This document shows positions 62,698-64,000 of a stretch of DNA of 64,000 nt, one piece after another. The notes beneath the pieces are model-generated. The model was not told the DNA's origin. It searched no databases and worked only from the letters and a program-made list of their open reading frames with translations. How positions within the stretch are numbered: position 1 is the stretch's first letter; each line of letters opens with the position of its first letter. This DNA comes from Leptospira sp. (GTDB lineage: Bacteria; Spirochaetota; Leptospiria; Leptospirales; Leptospiraceae): assembly GCA_034439575.1 (NCBI GenBank), contig JAWXAQ010000007.1, positions 1 to 64,000 of the forward strand. Reading direction: 5' to 3'. The position numbers were made by a program, and so were the translations under genes.

Positions 62698-63582
62698 ATG
62701 CACATTTCCGAAGTCCTAGATAGAAATAAAACTGCCATCAGCTTTGAGTTTTTTCCTCCCAAAAATGAAGAAGCCTCTTTGGATTTGTTTAAAACTATCC
62801 AGGAACTCTCCTCCCTCAACCCCGCGTATGTGAGTGTGACGTATGGTGCAGGTGGTTCTACCAGGGACTTAACTCATGACCTAGTTGTTAAATTACAACA
62901 ACAAACGGGGCTAACTATTGTTAGTCACTTAACCTGTGTTGGTGCTACAAAATCAGAAATTGCTGATATTCTAAAGCGTTATGAAGCCTCTGGCATTCAC
63001 AATATCATGGCACTCAGAGGCGATCCACCGAAAGGACAAACAGAATTTATAAAATTTGAAAATGGTTTTGAATATGCCGGCGAACTAGTTTCATTTATCA
63101 AACAAAATTTTCCAAAGATGGGCATCGGCGTAGCAGGCTTTCCTGAAGGACATCCATCTACACCTAACAGGCTCAAGGAAATTGAATTTTTGAAATGGAA
63201 AATAGACCAAGGTGCAGATTATATCTGTACTCAATTATTTTTTGACAATAATGATTATTACGATTTCGTAGAACGATGTGAGATTGCTGGTATAAAAGTA
63301 CCTATTATCGCAGGCATCATGCCTATCACTTCAAGGAAAGGTATGGCAAGAATGGCAGAACTTTCTCTTGGTTCCAGATTTCCAGCGAGGTTACTTAAGT
63401 CTTTGTCTAGAGCAGATGACGATGCTTATGCGGAAAATGTGGGCATACATTGGGCAACAGAACAAGTGCGTGGTCTACTTGATCACAAAGTCGCTGGCAT
63501 TCACATGTACACACTTAACAAATCAAAGGCGACGAGAAAAATTTACGAGGCACTTGGAATAAGAAATTTTAATTCAATTTGA
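62698..63582 (+). CDS. metF: 5,10-methylenetetrahydrofolate reductase
   Basis: SFEFFPPK, VTYGAGG, HLTC, LRGDPP, TQLFFD, H.YTLN. Confidence 0.97.
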   Translation: MHISEVLDRNKTAISFEFFPPKNEEASLDLFKTIQELSSLNPAYVSVTYGAGGSTRDLTHDLVVKLQQQTGLTIVSHLTCVGATKSEIADILKRYEASGIHNIMALRGDPPKGQTEFIKFENGFEYAGELVSFIKQNFPKMGIGVAGFPEGHPSTPNRLKEIEFLKWKIDQGADYICTQLFFDNNDYYDFVERCEIAGIKVPIIAGIMPITSRKGMARMAELSLGSRFPARLLKSLSRADDDAYAENVGIHWATEQVRGLLDHKVAGIHMYTLNKSKATRKIYEALGIRNFNSI

Positions 63583-63999
63583 TTCCTTCAGATTTGGATC
63601 TCGCATTCCTAAATAAGAATTATTTTTCCAATAACCTTCATGAATGATATTGCCTTTTGCATTTTTTGTAATCGATTTACCTTCTAGCATATTATTTTTC
63701 CAAATCCCTTCGAGGATGCTCTTATCAGAAAAAATATACTTTCCGAATCCATTTCGTTTCCCATCAGCATACTTTCCTTCAAATCTATCTCCATTGGGAT
63801 AAATATAAACTCCCGTTCCTGATCGTTCCCCACTTTGATAATTTCCTTCGAATAATTCTAACTCGGAATAATGAAAACGCCCTTTACCGTGACGTTTATC
63901 GTTTTCAAAATTCCCTTCGTATCGATTGCCATTTATATGATTGTAAATACCGGATCCTTCTCGTCTTCCATCAACAAATTCACCAACAAAGGTATCTTG
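63574..63999 (-). CDS. MORN-repeat protein, 5'-partial (absent from the ORF track)
   Basis: Manual translation: FVGEFVDGRREGSGIY..NGNRYEGNFENDKRHGKG..FEGNYQSGERSGTGVY.YPNGDRFEGKYADGKRNGFG; stop TGA at 63574-63576. Confidence 0.9.
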   Translation of the reverse strand, partial: QDTFVGEFVDGRREGSGIYNHINGNRYEGNFENDKRHGKGRFHYSELELFEGNYQSGERSGTGVYIYPNGDRFEGKYADGKRNGFGKYIFSDKSILEGIWKNNMLEGKSITKNAKGNIIHEGYWKNNSYLGMRDPNLKESN

Positions 64000-64000
64000 A

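Noticed and set aside
2534..63562. Many short (60-110 aa) antisense or nested ORFs in the track, e.g. 2856-3182, 8876-9211, 49324-49650
   Set aside because: Shadows of well-supported genes with no motifs or RBS

Overview
Gene-dense, AT-rich chromosomal window, most likely from a Leptospira species (inferred from gene content: flgN-flgK-flgL-fliW-csrA, DUF1577-like proteins, several SpoIIE/PP2C phosphatases, an MPL36/RlpA-like lipoprotein and a Sul-like folP). It holds about 70 CDSs, mostly core genes: flagellar hook-junction operon, ECF sigma + PhoBR-like + argJ cluster, hisS, folP, dcd, coaX, birA, metF, and a small surface-glycan locus (NDP-sugar reductase plus three GT4 glycosyltransferases). 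I saw no rRNA, tRNA, CRISPR array, IS element or prophage. Best second-look items: (1) a 1-nt frameshift in flgN, downstream of a clear sigma-28 promoter; (2) an ECF sigma whose N-terminal coding segment has no canonical start codon; (3) two split-PilZ proteins (RxxxR and D/NxSxxG about 200 aa apart), one of which is otherwise unannotatable; (4) a pseudo-phosphatase overlapping an intact PP2C gene; (5) a catalytically degenerate tyrosine-recombinase fold next to a STAS gene; (6) a folP with the Sul-type GFFLG motif; (7) a MORN-repeat CDS missed by the ORF track. No clearly new system is demonstrated; the findings are hypotheses from manual reading without database searches.
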